From Bacteroidales bacterium (GTDB lineage Bacteria; Bacteroidota; Bacteroidia; Bacteroidales; JAIORY01), in NCBI GenBank assembly GCA_021107915.1, contig JAIORY010000038.1, forward strand, positions 1-38,435: a stretch of 38,435 nt of DNA. The letters are read 5' to 3'. Shown in pieces: positions 1 through 7,862 of the stretch. The notes below the pieces were generated by a model. The model made no database searches. It saw only the letters and a program-made list of their open reading frames with translations, and was not told the origin of the DNA. A program made the translations under genes and the position numbers. Numbering within the stretch: position 1 is the first letter of the stretch; every line of letters begins with the position of its first letter.

Positions 1-67
1 AATGACTAAAATTAGTAAATGACTAAAATTTAAAATGACTAAAATTAGTAAATGATTAAAATTATTA
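1..67 (+). repeat. Four head-to-tail copies of a 16-17 bp AT-rich unit (AATGACTAAAATTAGTA / AATGACTAAAATTTAA / AATGACTAAAATTAGTA / AATGATTAAAATTATTA)
   Basis: Read directly: units at 1-17, 18-33, 34-50, 51-67. The array may continue left of the window edge. The same unit recurs on the other strand at 23168-23216 and in degenerate form at 5888-5917. Confidence 0.8.
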
Positions 68-262
68 AATTGCTGGAAGGTCTGAGATTGAAATATTGTG
101 AAAGCTGTTGTTTTAGCATTTTTAATGGTTGCAATCAATCAAATCTGTCCATTTTTACTTTTAAAGAATTTTCTTTAAAAGCAGATGACAAAGTTAATAA
201 TAATTTTTAATTCAGAATGGAAATGATTATAAATAAGTTTTAAATAAGGGTAATTTTTTGAG

Positions 263-2152
263 CTATTGAATTATAACTTTCCTGATTCCGTAATAATTTT
301 TTTCATTACTTGCTTTTATCAAATACAATCCTTTTTCCCATCCCTTAACATCTACTTCAACTTTTTCTTGTCCTTTAGGGATTTTTATTTCCTTAATTTT
401 ACTTCCCATAAGATTAAATATTTCGATAGTAGTGTTTTGAATTTCGAATATCGAACACCGAATTTCGAATGATGATTTTGTAGGGTTGGGATAAACTCTA
501 AGCAAAACATTTCCGGTTTTTATTTCGTTTATTCCAACGCAATTATAAACCCAAGTTAGTTTTTCTTCTGACCAATCTGATTCTCCACAATCGTTATAAC
601 TTCTTGCCGAAATTGCTACTTCTCCTTCGTATTGTTGGTTCCAAGTAATGTATGCTGAAAGCGAATCCTGTAATATTGTCCCTGCTTCTTCCGGTTCTAT
701 TTGCCACTCATAGCCCCAAGCACCTGCTGCCGTATTTATTTCATATATACTTGTTGAATCTGTAGTATAGCAAAGAGTATCCGGGCCGGTGGGCTGTGTT
801 GGGGTTTGGGGCTGGTATTGAGAGCAGTCTTTTATTTCTAATATCCATGCATCTATATCCCAATTTCCATAAGGAGCACATTCAACATCATCACTTTGAT
901 AAGCCGATTGAGCTGCAAGCACGAAATTATAATCACTTTTCTTTAAAACAGCATGGACTCCATGAAACTTTTCAGTTCGTTCACCCCCATAGCAGTGCTG
1001 CCATTCTATTTCACCTATACTATTTAACTTTACTACCCAAATATCATAAAAAAAATCTAAAGAGTGATTACCTGATACATCTCCATCATTCGATCCTGTA
1101 TGGCCCATTACTATATAACCACTATCCTCTGTTTGTGTTATATAAATAGGAAAATCATACCCAGAACCACCAATACATCGTTGCCAAATAATGTTGCCAT
1201 AAAAATCAATTTTGCAAACCCAAATATCTACACCATGAATATCACCGGGTATTCCATGAAAACCACTTACATCACCATCATTTGATGTGGTTGATCCAAG
1301 AATAACATATCCGTCATGTGTTTCAATAATATCATGACCAAGATCATTGTATGTTCCTCCATAGCATAATTGTCTTATGATATTTCCAGATAAGTCTAAT
1401 TCTACAATCCAAATATCAGTCCATTCAGATGTTCCCATGTGATTACAGTCAATCATGCCACCATTTTCCTGATAGCCACCTATCATTAATACAGTGGTAT
1501 CCGAAGTCAATTTAATTTTTAATGCATTTTCTTGTCCCTGATTACCAAGAGTTTTTTCCCACTCAATATTGCCAATAGAATCAATTTTACATAACCAAAT
1601 ATCATTCATACCGTACCAAGTACTAACATCTCCACCTGCATACATTATTCTACCCATCATTACTAATCCACCATCAGGTGTTAATACAGCATCTCTTGTG
1701 TCACATGAGCGATTACCATAACTGTTTTCCCATATGATATCTCCTGTTTTATTGATTTTAACTATCCAAAAATTTCCGGGTCTGCCATTTTGGACATCTC
1801 CATCTGTTGAAACTGACATATTTAACAAATAAAATGTGCTATCATCTATACTAATAATTTTAATTGGTCCATCTCCGTCACTTCCTCCATAACATTTTTC
1901 CCATAATACATTGCCAACGCTATCAGTACATACTATCCAAGCTTCACTTGAACCATGATAATTTGTTATACCCAAACCATTTGTATGTATACCAATAGAA
2001 AACAAATAACCTTCGTCAAGTCTTTCTATACCATATGCTCTATCCAATTCTTCTGTTCCAAGGCATTGTTGCCATTTTATTTCAGGTATCTGAGAATAGG
2101 AAAAAAAATAAAATGAGATAAATATTATTAATAAAAAAAAATTTGCTTTCAT
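263..2152 (-). CDS. T9SS-secreted beta-propeller-like repeat protein, paralog A
   Basis: 629-aa ORF with ATG start and a hydrophobic signal-like N-terminus (MKANFFLLIIFISFYFFSYSQ). About 7 internal ~60-aa repeats end in DIW(V/I/L)xK(I/L)(D/N)xxGxIxW(E/Q)xxxGG. A Cys-containing PKD/Ig-like module follows, then an ~80-aa C-terminus starting VYPNP that resembles a T9SS type-A sorting domain. Confidence 0.85.
   Translation of the reverse strand: MKANFFLLIIFISFYFFSYSQIPEIKWQQCLGTEELDRAYGIERLDEGYLFSIGIHTNGLGITNYHGSSEAWIVCTDSVGNVLWEKCYGGSDGDGPIKIISIDDSTFYLLNMSVSTDGDVQNGRPGNFWIVKINKTGDIIWENSYGNRSCDTRDAVLTPDGGLVMMGRIMYAGGDVSTWYGMNDIWLCKIDSIGNIEWEKTLGNQGQENALKIKLTSDTTVLMIGGYQENGGMIDCNHMGTSEWTDIWIVELDLSGNIIRQLCYGGTYNDLGHDIIETHDGYVILGSTTSNDGDVSGFHGIPGDIHGVDIWVCKIDFYGNIIWQRCIGGSGYDFPIYITQTEDSGYIVMGHTGSNDGDVSGNHSLDFFYDIWVVKLNSIGEIEWQHCYGGERTEKFHGVHAVLKKSDYNFVLAAQSAYQSDDVECAPYGNWDIDAWILEIKDCSQYQPQTPTQPTGPDTLCYTTDSTSIYEINTAAGAWGYEWQIEPEEAGTILQDSLSAYITWNQQYEGEVAISARSYNDCGESDWSEEKLTWVYNCVGINEIKTGNVLLRVYPNPTKSSFEIRCSIFEIQNTTIEIFNLMGSKIKEIKIPKGQEKVEVDVKGWEKGLYLIKASNEKNYYGIRKVIIQ
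483..1449. repeat. Copy 1 of a 967-bp block identical to 2785-3751 (offset 2302 bp)
   Basis: Line-by-line comparison found no mismatches. The antisense ORFs 796-1149/3098-3451 and 1100-1285/3402-3587 translate identically. Flanks on both sides carry many substitutions. Confidence 0.85.
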
Positions 2153-2170
2153 AATACTTAGTTTAAGTAA

Positions 2171-2202
2171 CAGGTGTTACAAATTATCTTTTGTAACACC
2201 TG
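2171..2202 (-). terminator. 12-bp perfect stem-loop (CAGGTGTTACAA-N8-TTGTAACACCTG) between the orphan CTD ORF and paralog A; terminator or 5' leader structure
   Basis: Inverted repeat read directly. It starts 11 nt after the stop of ORF 2214-2492 and ends 18 nt before the paralog A ATG. No strong U-tract follows on the minus strand, so intrinsic-terminator function is uncertain. Confidence 0.4.
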
Positions 2203-2213
2203 CCAAAATTTAT

Positions 2214-2492
2214 TTAGCTAATAACAATTTTACCGGATTTACTTAAACCCGAAACAAATAATGTATAAAAATATATACCGGATTTAATAAGTCTGGTGTC
2301 CCAAATATACTGACCCTGTTTTCTTGTAATAACAAACTGTTTAATAAGATTGCCTGAAATATCAGTGATTCTTATTGTACCTTCAGATTCTTCGTTTGGC
2401 AATTCGTAAGTAAATGCCACCCATGTACTCGCCGGATTAGGCTCTGCTGTATTTTTTAATTTATACATCTCTGTTTGTATCATCATTTTCAA
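2214..2492 (-). pseudogene. Orphan T9SS C-terminal-domain-only ORF (92 aa): gene remnant or stand-alone CTD mini-protein
   Basis: The translation consists almost entirely of a CTD-like sequence (EPNPASTWVAFTYELP...GIYFYTL...GKIVIS). There is no signal peptide and the longest-ORF start is TTG (ATGs at 2486 and 2483). Only 72 nt separate it from the upstream gene, so there is no room for a cargo domain. Confidence 0.5.
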
Positions 2493-2564
2493 ATTAACGA
2501 ATTAACGAATTTTCAAACGACCGAAGGAAGTCCGTACGAAGTGAAATAAGTCCGTATGGATGGA

Positions 2565-4460
2565 TTAATTAACAAGCACTTTCACACTACCATAAATTCC
2601 GTTTTCGGAATGTACTCTGACAAAGTAAATTCCTTTTGCCCAACCTTTGGTATTGACCTTTGCTTTTATTTGCCCTTTAGGATTAATTATCTCCTTAACT
2701 TTTACTCCAAAAGTGTTATAAATTTCAATAACTCCTTTTTGAATATCGAATTTCGAACACCGAATTTCGAATGATGATTTGGCGGGGTTGGGATAAACTC
2801 TAAGCAAAACATTTCCGGTTTTTATTTCGTTTATTCCAACGCAATTATAAACCCAAGTTAGTTTTTCTTCTGACCAATCTGATTCTCCACAATCGTTATA
2901 ACTTCTTGCCGAAATTGCTACTTCTCCTTCGTATTGTTGGTTCCAAGTAATGTATGCTGAAAGCGAATCCTGTAATATTGTCCCTGCTTCTTCCGGTTCT
3001 ATTTGCCACTCATAGCCCCAAGCACCTGCTGCCGTATTTATTTCATATATACTTGTTGAATCTGTAGTATAGCAAAGAGTATCCGGGCCGGTGGGCTGTG
3101 TTGGGGTTTGGGGCTGGTATTGAGAGCAGTCTTTTATTTCTAATATCCATGCATCTATATCCCAATTTCCATAAGGAGCACATTCAACATCATCACTTTG
3201 ATAAGCCGATTGAGCTGCAAGCACGAAATTATAATCACTTTTCTTTAAAACAGCATGGACTCCATGAAACTTTTCAGTTCGTTCACCCCCATAGCAGTGC
3301 TGCCATTCTATTTCACCTATACTATTTAACTTTACTACCCAAATATCATAAAAAAAATCTAAAGAGTGATTACCTGATACATCTCCATCATTCGATCCTG
3401 TATGGCCCATTACTATATAACCACTATCCTCTGTTTGTGTTATATAAATAGGAAAATCATACCCAGAACCACCAATACATCGTTGCCAAATAATGTTGCC
3501 ATAAAAATCAATTTTGCAAACCCAAATATCTACACCATGAATATCACCGGGTATTCCATGAAAACCACTTACATCACCATCATTTGATGTGGTTGATCCA
3601 AGAATAACATATCCGTCATGTGTTTCAATAATATCATGACCAAGATCATTGTATGTTCCTCCATAGCATAATTGTCTTATGATATTTCCAGATAAGTCTA
3701 ATTCTACAATCCAAATATCAGTCCATTCAGATGTTCCCATGTGATTACAGTTTATCATGCCTCCATTTTCCTGATAACCTCCAATCATTAATACTGTATT
3801 ATCCGAAGTCAATTTAATTTTACTTGCATTTTCCTGTCCCTGATTGCCAAGAGTTTTTTCCCATTCAATATTGCCTATGGAATCTAATTTACATAACCAA
3901 ATATCATTCATTCCGTACCAAGCACTAACATCTCCACCGGCATACATTATCCTACCCATCATTAACAATCCACCATCAGGTGTTAAAATGGCATCTCTCG
4001 GATCACACGAACGATTACCATAGCTGTTTTCCCAAATAATATCTCCCGTATCATTTATTTTAACAATCCAAAAATTTCCAAGTCTGCCGTTTTGCACATC
4101 TCCATCGGATGAAAATGAGTGATTTAACAGATAAAATGTTTTATTATCAACCGGAATCATTTTATGAACTCCATCTCCTTCGCTTCCTCCATAACATCTT
4201 TCCCATATTACACTACCAATACTATCAGTATTAACTATCCATGCATCAGTTATACCATGGTAATTAGTGATATTTTGACCATCAGAACTAATTTGAATAC
4301 CAATATAATAACTATTTTCCTCACCATGTATTATACTATAAGCATCATCTCTTTCTTCTGTGCCAAAACATTGCTGCCACGAAATATGGTTAATTTGAGA
4401 AAACACTATTACAGAACTGAATAGAAGAGTTATTAATAAACAAATAAATTTTATTTTCAT
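2565..4460 (-). CDS. T9SS-secreted beta-propeller-like repeat protein, paralog B
   Basis: 631-aa ORF with ATG start, signal-like N-terminus and the same architecture as 263-2152. The central region is identical to paralog A, while the N-terminal ~235 aa and the C-terminal sorting domain are diverged. Confidence 0.85.
   Translation of the reverse strand: MKIKFICLLITLLFSSVIVFSQINHISWQQCFGTEERDDAYSIIHGEENSYYIGIQISSDGQNITNYHGITDAWIVNTDSIGSVIWERCYGGSEGDGVHKMIPVDNKTFYLLNHSFSSDGDVQNGRLGNFWIVKINDTGDIIWENSYGNRSCDPRDAILTPDGGLLMMGRIMYAGGDVSAWYGMNDIWLCKLDSIGNIEWEKTLGNQGQENASKIKLTSDNTVLMIGGYQENGGMINCNHMGTSEWTDIWIVELDLSGNIIRQLCYGGTYNDLGHDIIETHDGYVILGSTTSNDGDVSGFHGIPGDIHGVDIWVCKIDFYGNIIWQRCIGGSGYDFPIYITQTEDSGYIVMGHTGSNDGDVSGNHSLDFFYDIWVVKLNSIGEIEWQHCYGGERTEKFHGVHAVLKKSDYNFVLAAQSAYQSDDVECAPYGNWDIDAWILEIKDCSQYQPQTPTQPTGPDTLCYTTDSTSIYEINTAAGAWGYEWQIEPEEAGTILQDSLSAYITWNQQYEGEVAISARSYNDCGESDWSEEKLTWVYNCVGINEIKTGNVLLRVYPNPAKSSFEIRCSKFDIQKGVIEIYNTFGVKVKEIINPKGQIKAKVNTKGWAKGIYFVRVHSENGIYGSVKVLVN
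2785..3751. repeat. Copy 2 of the 967-bp identical block (partner 483-1449)
   Basis: See the copy 1 entry. Confidence 0.85.
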
Positions 4461-4478
4461 TTTGATTAGTTTTAATTA

Positions 4479-4508
4479 AAGTGTTGCGGTTGAATACCGC
4501 AACACTTA
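4479..4508 (-). terminator. Stem-loop (GTGTTGCGG-N7-CCGCAACAC plus flanking A/T pairs) between the second orphan CTD ORF and paralog B
   Basis: Inverted repeat read directly. It occupies the same relative position as hairpin 2171-2202 (about 12 nt after the orphan stop, about 20 nt before the paralog ATG) but has an unrelated stem sequence. Confidence 0.4.
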
Positions 4509-4520
4509 ATATAACAACAC

Positions 4521-4844
4521 TTAATTTATAACAATCTTACCGGTCTTTGATAAACCGTTTGATATTATAGTATAAATATATACACCGGTTTTTACTAAGC
4601 GTGTATCCCAAACTTGTTGTCCTTGTTCTTCTGTAATAATAAACTTTTTTATAACATTGCCGGAAATATCAGTAATTCTTATTAAACCATCCGATTCTTT
4701 ATTTGGCAATTCATAAGTAAATGCCACCCATGTTCTCGCCGGATTTGGTGAGACAGACACTTTTAGTCCGAAAGCTTCATTAAAAGAATTCCCGATTAAA
4801 GTATTGTTGTTTTTCAGACCGATAGTAAATCTTGTATATATCAA
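4521..4844 (-). pseudogene. Orphan T9SS C-terminal-domain-only ORF (107 aa): gene remnant or stand-alone CTD mini-protein
   Basis: CTD-like sequence (SPNPARTWVAFTYELP...GVYIYTI...GKIVIN), about 71% identical (54 of 76 positions by my count) to the 2214-2492 product. The only start is TTG and there is no ATG anywhere in the ORF. No signal peptide. Only ~104 nt of AT-rich DNA lie between it and the gldA-like stop. Confidence 0.5.
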
Positions 4845-4948
4845 TTGATATTTTATATAAAAAAATCAAATTTATCAAAAAATAATACAAATTGCAAGTC
4901 TTTAAAGAAAATATATTTTGGTCGTAGAAAATATAAAATGTTATTAAT

Positions 4949-5860
4949 CTATTTCCCGGTCAACTGCTGAAAAATCTCCTCAATGCTTTTGGTCTCTTTG
5001 TTCATCGACAAAACTTTAATATTGTTTTTTACGGCAAATTCAAAAATGTCGGAACGAATATCTTTTCCGCTTTTAGTTTCGATGATCCATGTATTTTTAT
5101 TTACTTTCTTTAGACTGCTGATCTCGTCAATCTCTCTTAATTTATTTTCGGAAATATCAGCATCAAATTCTACCGAAATAATTTCCTTGCCTGAATGTAT
5201 TTTCGAAAGGTTTTTTGTGAAATCATCAGCAACGATTTTTCCATTGTTAATGATAATAGCTCTGTCGCAGATTGCTTCCACTTCCTGCATAATATGAGTC
5301 GAAAGCATTATAGTTTTTTCTTTTCCGATATTTTTTATTAATGACCGGATTTCGAGAAGCTGGTTAGGATCAAGTCCCGAAGTTGGTTCGTCAAGGATGA
5401 GTACATCAGGGTCGTGTATCAAAGCCTGTGCAAGTCCCACTCTTTGACGATATCCTTTCGAAAGAGCTCCTATCTTTTTTTTATATTCAAGTTCCAAACC
5501 GCACATCTCAATCATTTTGTCAATTTGAGAAGAAGTTTTTTTGCCGAGTTTGTGAATTCCGGCAATAAAACTCAGATATTCTCTGACATACATTTCGAGA
5601 TAAAGAGGATTATTTTCGGGTAGGTATCCAATACATTTCCTGACTTCAATCGCCTGTTCATAAATATCAAAATCATTAACAAAAACATCACCCGAAGTAG
5701 GGGGGATAAAGCAGGTGATAATTTTCATCATTGTGGATTTTCCTGCTCCGTTAGGTCCAAGCAATCCGACAATCTCTCCTGTTTTTACTTCAAGTGAGAT
5801 ATTATCAAGTGCTTTTTGCTTGCCGTATAATTTTGAAATATTCTTTACTGAAATTGACAT
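4949..5860 (-). CDS. gldA: ABC transporter ATP-binding protein, GldA-like (gliding-motility-associated ABC ATPase)
   Basis: 303 aa with ATG start. Walker A GPNGAGKST, signature LSKGYRQRV, Walker B LILDEPTSGLD. The N-terminal pattern MSIxVKNISKLYGKQKAL...GEIVGLLGPNGAGKSTMMKI...IGYLPENNPLYLEMYVREYL matches my recollection of the GldA family. gldF/gldG are not adjacent. Confidence 0.6.
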   Translation of the reverse strand: MSISVKNISKLYGKQKALDNISLEVKTGEIVGLLGPNGAGKSTMMKIITCFIPPTSGDVFVNDFDIYEQAIEVRKCIGYLPENNPLYLEMYVREYLSFIAGIHKLGKKTSSQIDKMIEMCGLELEYKKKIGALSKGYRQRVGLAQALIHDPDVLILDEPTSGLDPNQLLEIRSLIKNIGKEKTIMLSTHIMQEVEAICDRAIIINNGKIVADDFTKNLSKIHSGKEIISVEFDADISENKLREIDEISSLKKVNKNTWIIETKSGKDIRSDIFEFAVKNNIKVLSMNKETKSIEEIFQQLTGK

Positions 5861-5887
5861 ACTTATTTTTATTCTGTTTTTAGACTG

Positions 5888-5917
5888 CTAAATTAGTAAA
5901 ATTTAAAATGACAAAAT
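5888..5917 (+). repeat. Degenerate copy of the AATGACTAAAATT-type repeat (CTAAATTAGTAAAATTTAAAATGACAAAAT)
   Basis: Similarity to 1-67 read by eye. It lies in the divergent gldA/rplM intergenic region, just upstream of the putative rplM promoter. Confidence 0.35.
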
Positions 5918-5929
5918 ATTGTTAGTAAA

Positions 5930-5961
5930 TTTGTGTAATAATAAATAAAGTACTATTTTTG
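5930..5961 (+). promoter_or_regulatory. Putative Bacteroidota sigma-A promoter for rplM-rpsI (-33 TTTG, -7 TATTTTTG)
   Basis: TTTG at 5930-5933 and TAnnTTTG match TATTTTTG at 5954-5961, with a 20-nt spacer, about 50 nt upstream of the rplM ATG. Confidence 0.4.
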
Positions 5962-6011
5962 CACCCGTTTTTGAACATAAGATCATTAAAATCTGAAAAC
6001 AAATATATTAG

Positions 6012-6467
6012 ATGGATACTATTAATTATAAAACAGTAAGTGCAAACAAAGAAACCGTAAATAAAGATTGGGTTCTTTTAGATGCCGAGAAAGAAATTTT
6101 GGGGCGTTTGGCATCAAAGGCTGCAAAATTATTGCGTGGAAAATATAAACCAAACTTCACTCCTCATGTTGATTGCGGAGATAATGTTATTGTTATTAAC
6201 GCAGAAAAAGTAAAATTGACAGGGAAAAAATGGACTGATAAAGAATATGTTAGTTACAGTGGATATCCCGGTGGACAAAAATTTACTACTCCGGTAGAGT
6301 TATTAGCAAAAAAACCGGAGGCTTTAGTAGAAAGAGCCATTAAAGGAATGTTGCCAAAAAACAGATTGGGAAGCGTACTTTTCAGAAATTTATTTGTTTA
6401 TTCAGGTAATGAACATCCACATGAAGCACAAAAACCAAAAGAAATAAAATTAAACTCAATTAATTAA
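6012..6467 (+). CDS. rplM: 50S ribosomal protein L13
   Basis: 151 aa with ATG start. Sequence is L13-like ([38 protein letters not shown]) and the rplM-rpsI pairing is conserved. Confidence 0.95.
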   Translation: MDTINYKTVSANKETVNKDWVLLDAEKEILGRLASKAAKLLRGKYKPNFTPHVDCGDNVIVINAEKVKLTGKKWTDKEYVSYSGYPGGQKFTTPVELLAKKPEALVERAIKGMLPKNRLGSVLFRNLFVYSGNEHPHEAQKPKEIKLNSIN

Positions 6468-6469
6468 AC

Positions 6470-6856
6470 ATGGAAGTTGTTAATACACTCGGAAGAAGAA
6501 AAACTTCAATAGCCCGAATATACCTAACAGAGGGTTCAGGAAAAATCACAGTAAATAATAGAGATTATAAAGAATATTTCCCAACAACAACCAAACAATA
6601 TGTTGTTCAACAAGCATTTAAAGTAGTTGATGCAATCGGCAAATATGATGTAAAAGTAATTGCCACCGGCGGAGGAATTACAGGGCAAGCCGAAGCTATT
6701 CGTCTCGCTATTTCAAGAGCATTAATCAAAATTAACCCGGATCATCGTCCTCCACTCAAAGCTGAAGGTTTATTAAAAAGGGATCCGCGAATGGTTGAAC
6801 GTAAAAAACCGGGTCAACCAAAAGCAAGAAAGAAATTCCAATTCAGTAAAAGATAA
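6470..6856 (+). CDS. rpsI: 30S ribosomal protein S9
   Basis: 128 aa. GRRKTSIARIYL near the N-terminus and the canonical C-terminus KARKKFQFSKR. Confidence 0.95.
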   Translation: MEVVNTLGRRKTSIARIYLTEGSGKITVNNRDYKEYFPTTTKQYVVQQAFKVVDAIGKYDVKVIATGGGITGQAEAIRLAISRALIKINPDHRPPLKAEGLLKRDPRMVERKKPGQPKARKKFQFSKR

Positions 6857-6890
6857 AATTTCCTTATTACTGGAATGTGTTTAGTATCTA

Positions 6891-6936
6891 AATTGCTGAG
6901 ACCGGTTAATTTATCGCTACTCAGCAATTGTTTTTT
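6891..6936 (+). terminator. Rho-independent terminator-like hairpin after rpsI
   Basis: Perfect 10-bp arms AATTGCTGAG (6891-6900) and CTCAGCAATT (6920-6929), a 19-nt loop, followed by GTTTTTT. Confidence 0.65.
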
Positions 6937-6965
6937 ATGAATGTAAACAAATAAAAATTAAATTT

Positions 6966-7832
6966 ATGGCAAGAACAAATTTTGACGAATTGTTAGATGC
7001 AGGTGTTCATTTTGGTCACCTCAAAAGAAAATGGAATCCAAATATGGCTCCTTATATATTTATGGAGCGTAATGGAATTCATATTATTGACCTTTATAAG
7101 ACTGCTGCAAAAATTGAAGAAGCTGCTTCAGCAATGAAACAAATTGCAAAATCCGGCAAAAGAATTCTTTTTGTGGCAACAAAAAAACAGGCTAAGGATG
7201 TAGTTTCTGAGCATGTTAAAAAAATAAATATGCCCTACGTTACTGAAAGATGGCCGGGTGGTATGTTAACTAACTTTGCTACTATTAGAAAAGCAGTTAG
7301 AAAAATGTCTTCTATTGATAAACTGATGATTACAAAAAACTACCAAAACCTTTCTAAAAGAGAACGCCTTCAGATAACAAGGGAAAGAGCAAAACTTGAA
7401 AAACAACTCGGTAGTATTTCTGATTTAAACAGATTACCTTCAGCATTATTTATTGTTGATATTAATAAGGAACATATTGCAGTTGCAGAAGCTAAAAAAC
7501 TCAACATCCCTACTTTTGCAATGGTTGATACTAATTCAGATCCTAAACTTATCGATTTTGTTATCCCTTCAAATGATGATGCTTCAAAAGCTATTTCCTT
7601 AATAACAAAAATTATGGTTAATGCAATTGAAGAAGGTCTTAATGAAAAAAAACTTGTTAGAGATAAGAAAAAACAAGAAGATGATAATGAAAAGGAAAAA
7701 GCTAAAACTTCTATGCCTGTGGAAGTAGAAAATGACACTAAAGCAAAAGATGAAGTTAAAAAAGATGATTCCATTAAACATGGAAAAAGACCAAGAAAAA
7801 CAATCTCAAAAAAAACAATTTCATCTAAGTAA
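6966..7832 (+). CDS. rpsB: 30S ribosomal protein S2 with a Lys/Glu-rich C-terminal extension
   Basis: 288 aa. S2 signatures are LLDAGVHFGHLKRKWNPNMAPYIF and TERWPGGMLTNF, followed by a charged tail of about 60 aa. Confidence 0.95.
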   Translation: MARTNFDELLDAGVHFGHLKRKWNPNMAPYIFMERNGIHIIDLYKTAAKIEEAASAMKQIAKSGKRILFVATKKQAKDVVSEHVKKINMPYVTERWPGGMLTNFATIRKAVRKMSSIDKLMITKNYQNLSKRERLQITRERAKLEKQLGSISDLNRLPSALFIVDINKEHIAVAEAKKLNIPTFAMVDTNSDPKLIDFVIPSNDDASKAISLITKIMVNAIEEGLNEKKLVRDKKKQEDDNEKEKAKTSMPVEVENDTKAKDEVKKDDSIKHGKRPRKTISKKTISSK

Positions 7833-7862
7833 AATTATTTTTAACCTTTAATACAAATTATA

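Noticed and set aside
1-67. CRISPR array
   Set aside because: The units are only 16-17 bp, directly abutting with no spacers, and no cas genes are present in the window.
158-181. AT-only inverted repeat CTTTTAAAGAA-TT-TTCTTTAAAAG downstream of paralog A, considered as a terminator
   Set aside because: It consists almost entirely of A/T pairs and lacks a correctly oriented U-tract for either strand. It cannot be distinguished from a chance palindrome in AT-rich DNA.
796-1285. Plus-strand ORFs 796-1149 and 1100-1285 (and the duplicates 3098-3451 and 3402-3587, plus 266-472, 2556-2774 and 4164-4424) inside the T9SS paralogs
   Set aside because: They lie entirely antisense to long, repeat-structured ORFs that have clear domain architecture. 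Their products are low-complexity and His/Leu/Tyr-rich with no recognisable motifs. Their duplication simply reflects the duplicated DNA.
2493-2567. Stop-codon readthrough fusing paralog B to the downstream orphan CTD, which is in the same reading frame
   Set aside because: Translating the spacer shows two in-frame TAA stops (2565-2567 and 2502-2504). Sharing a frame has a 1-in-3 chance expectation.
7370-7781. Antisense or alternative-frame ORFs within well-supported genes: 4983-5297, 5414-5623, 7370-7774, 7599-7781, 9418-9603, 9903-10088, 10300-10548, 10655-10840, 11039-11284, 11327-11560, 11906-12446, 14618-14827, 15010-15198, 15441-15659, 18813-18995, 19649-19924, 21116-21662, 22456-22782, 23522-23734, 26325-26546, 27117-27311, 27828-28244, 28740-28931, 29484-29873, 31518-31814, 32494-33299, 34281-35850, 37603-37935
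   Set aside because: Each overlaps a longer ORF that has strong family motifs. The translations are Phe/Ser/Ile/Leu-rich, as expected from reading AT-rich coding DNA in the wrong frame.
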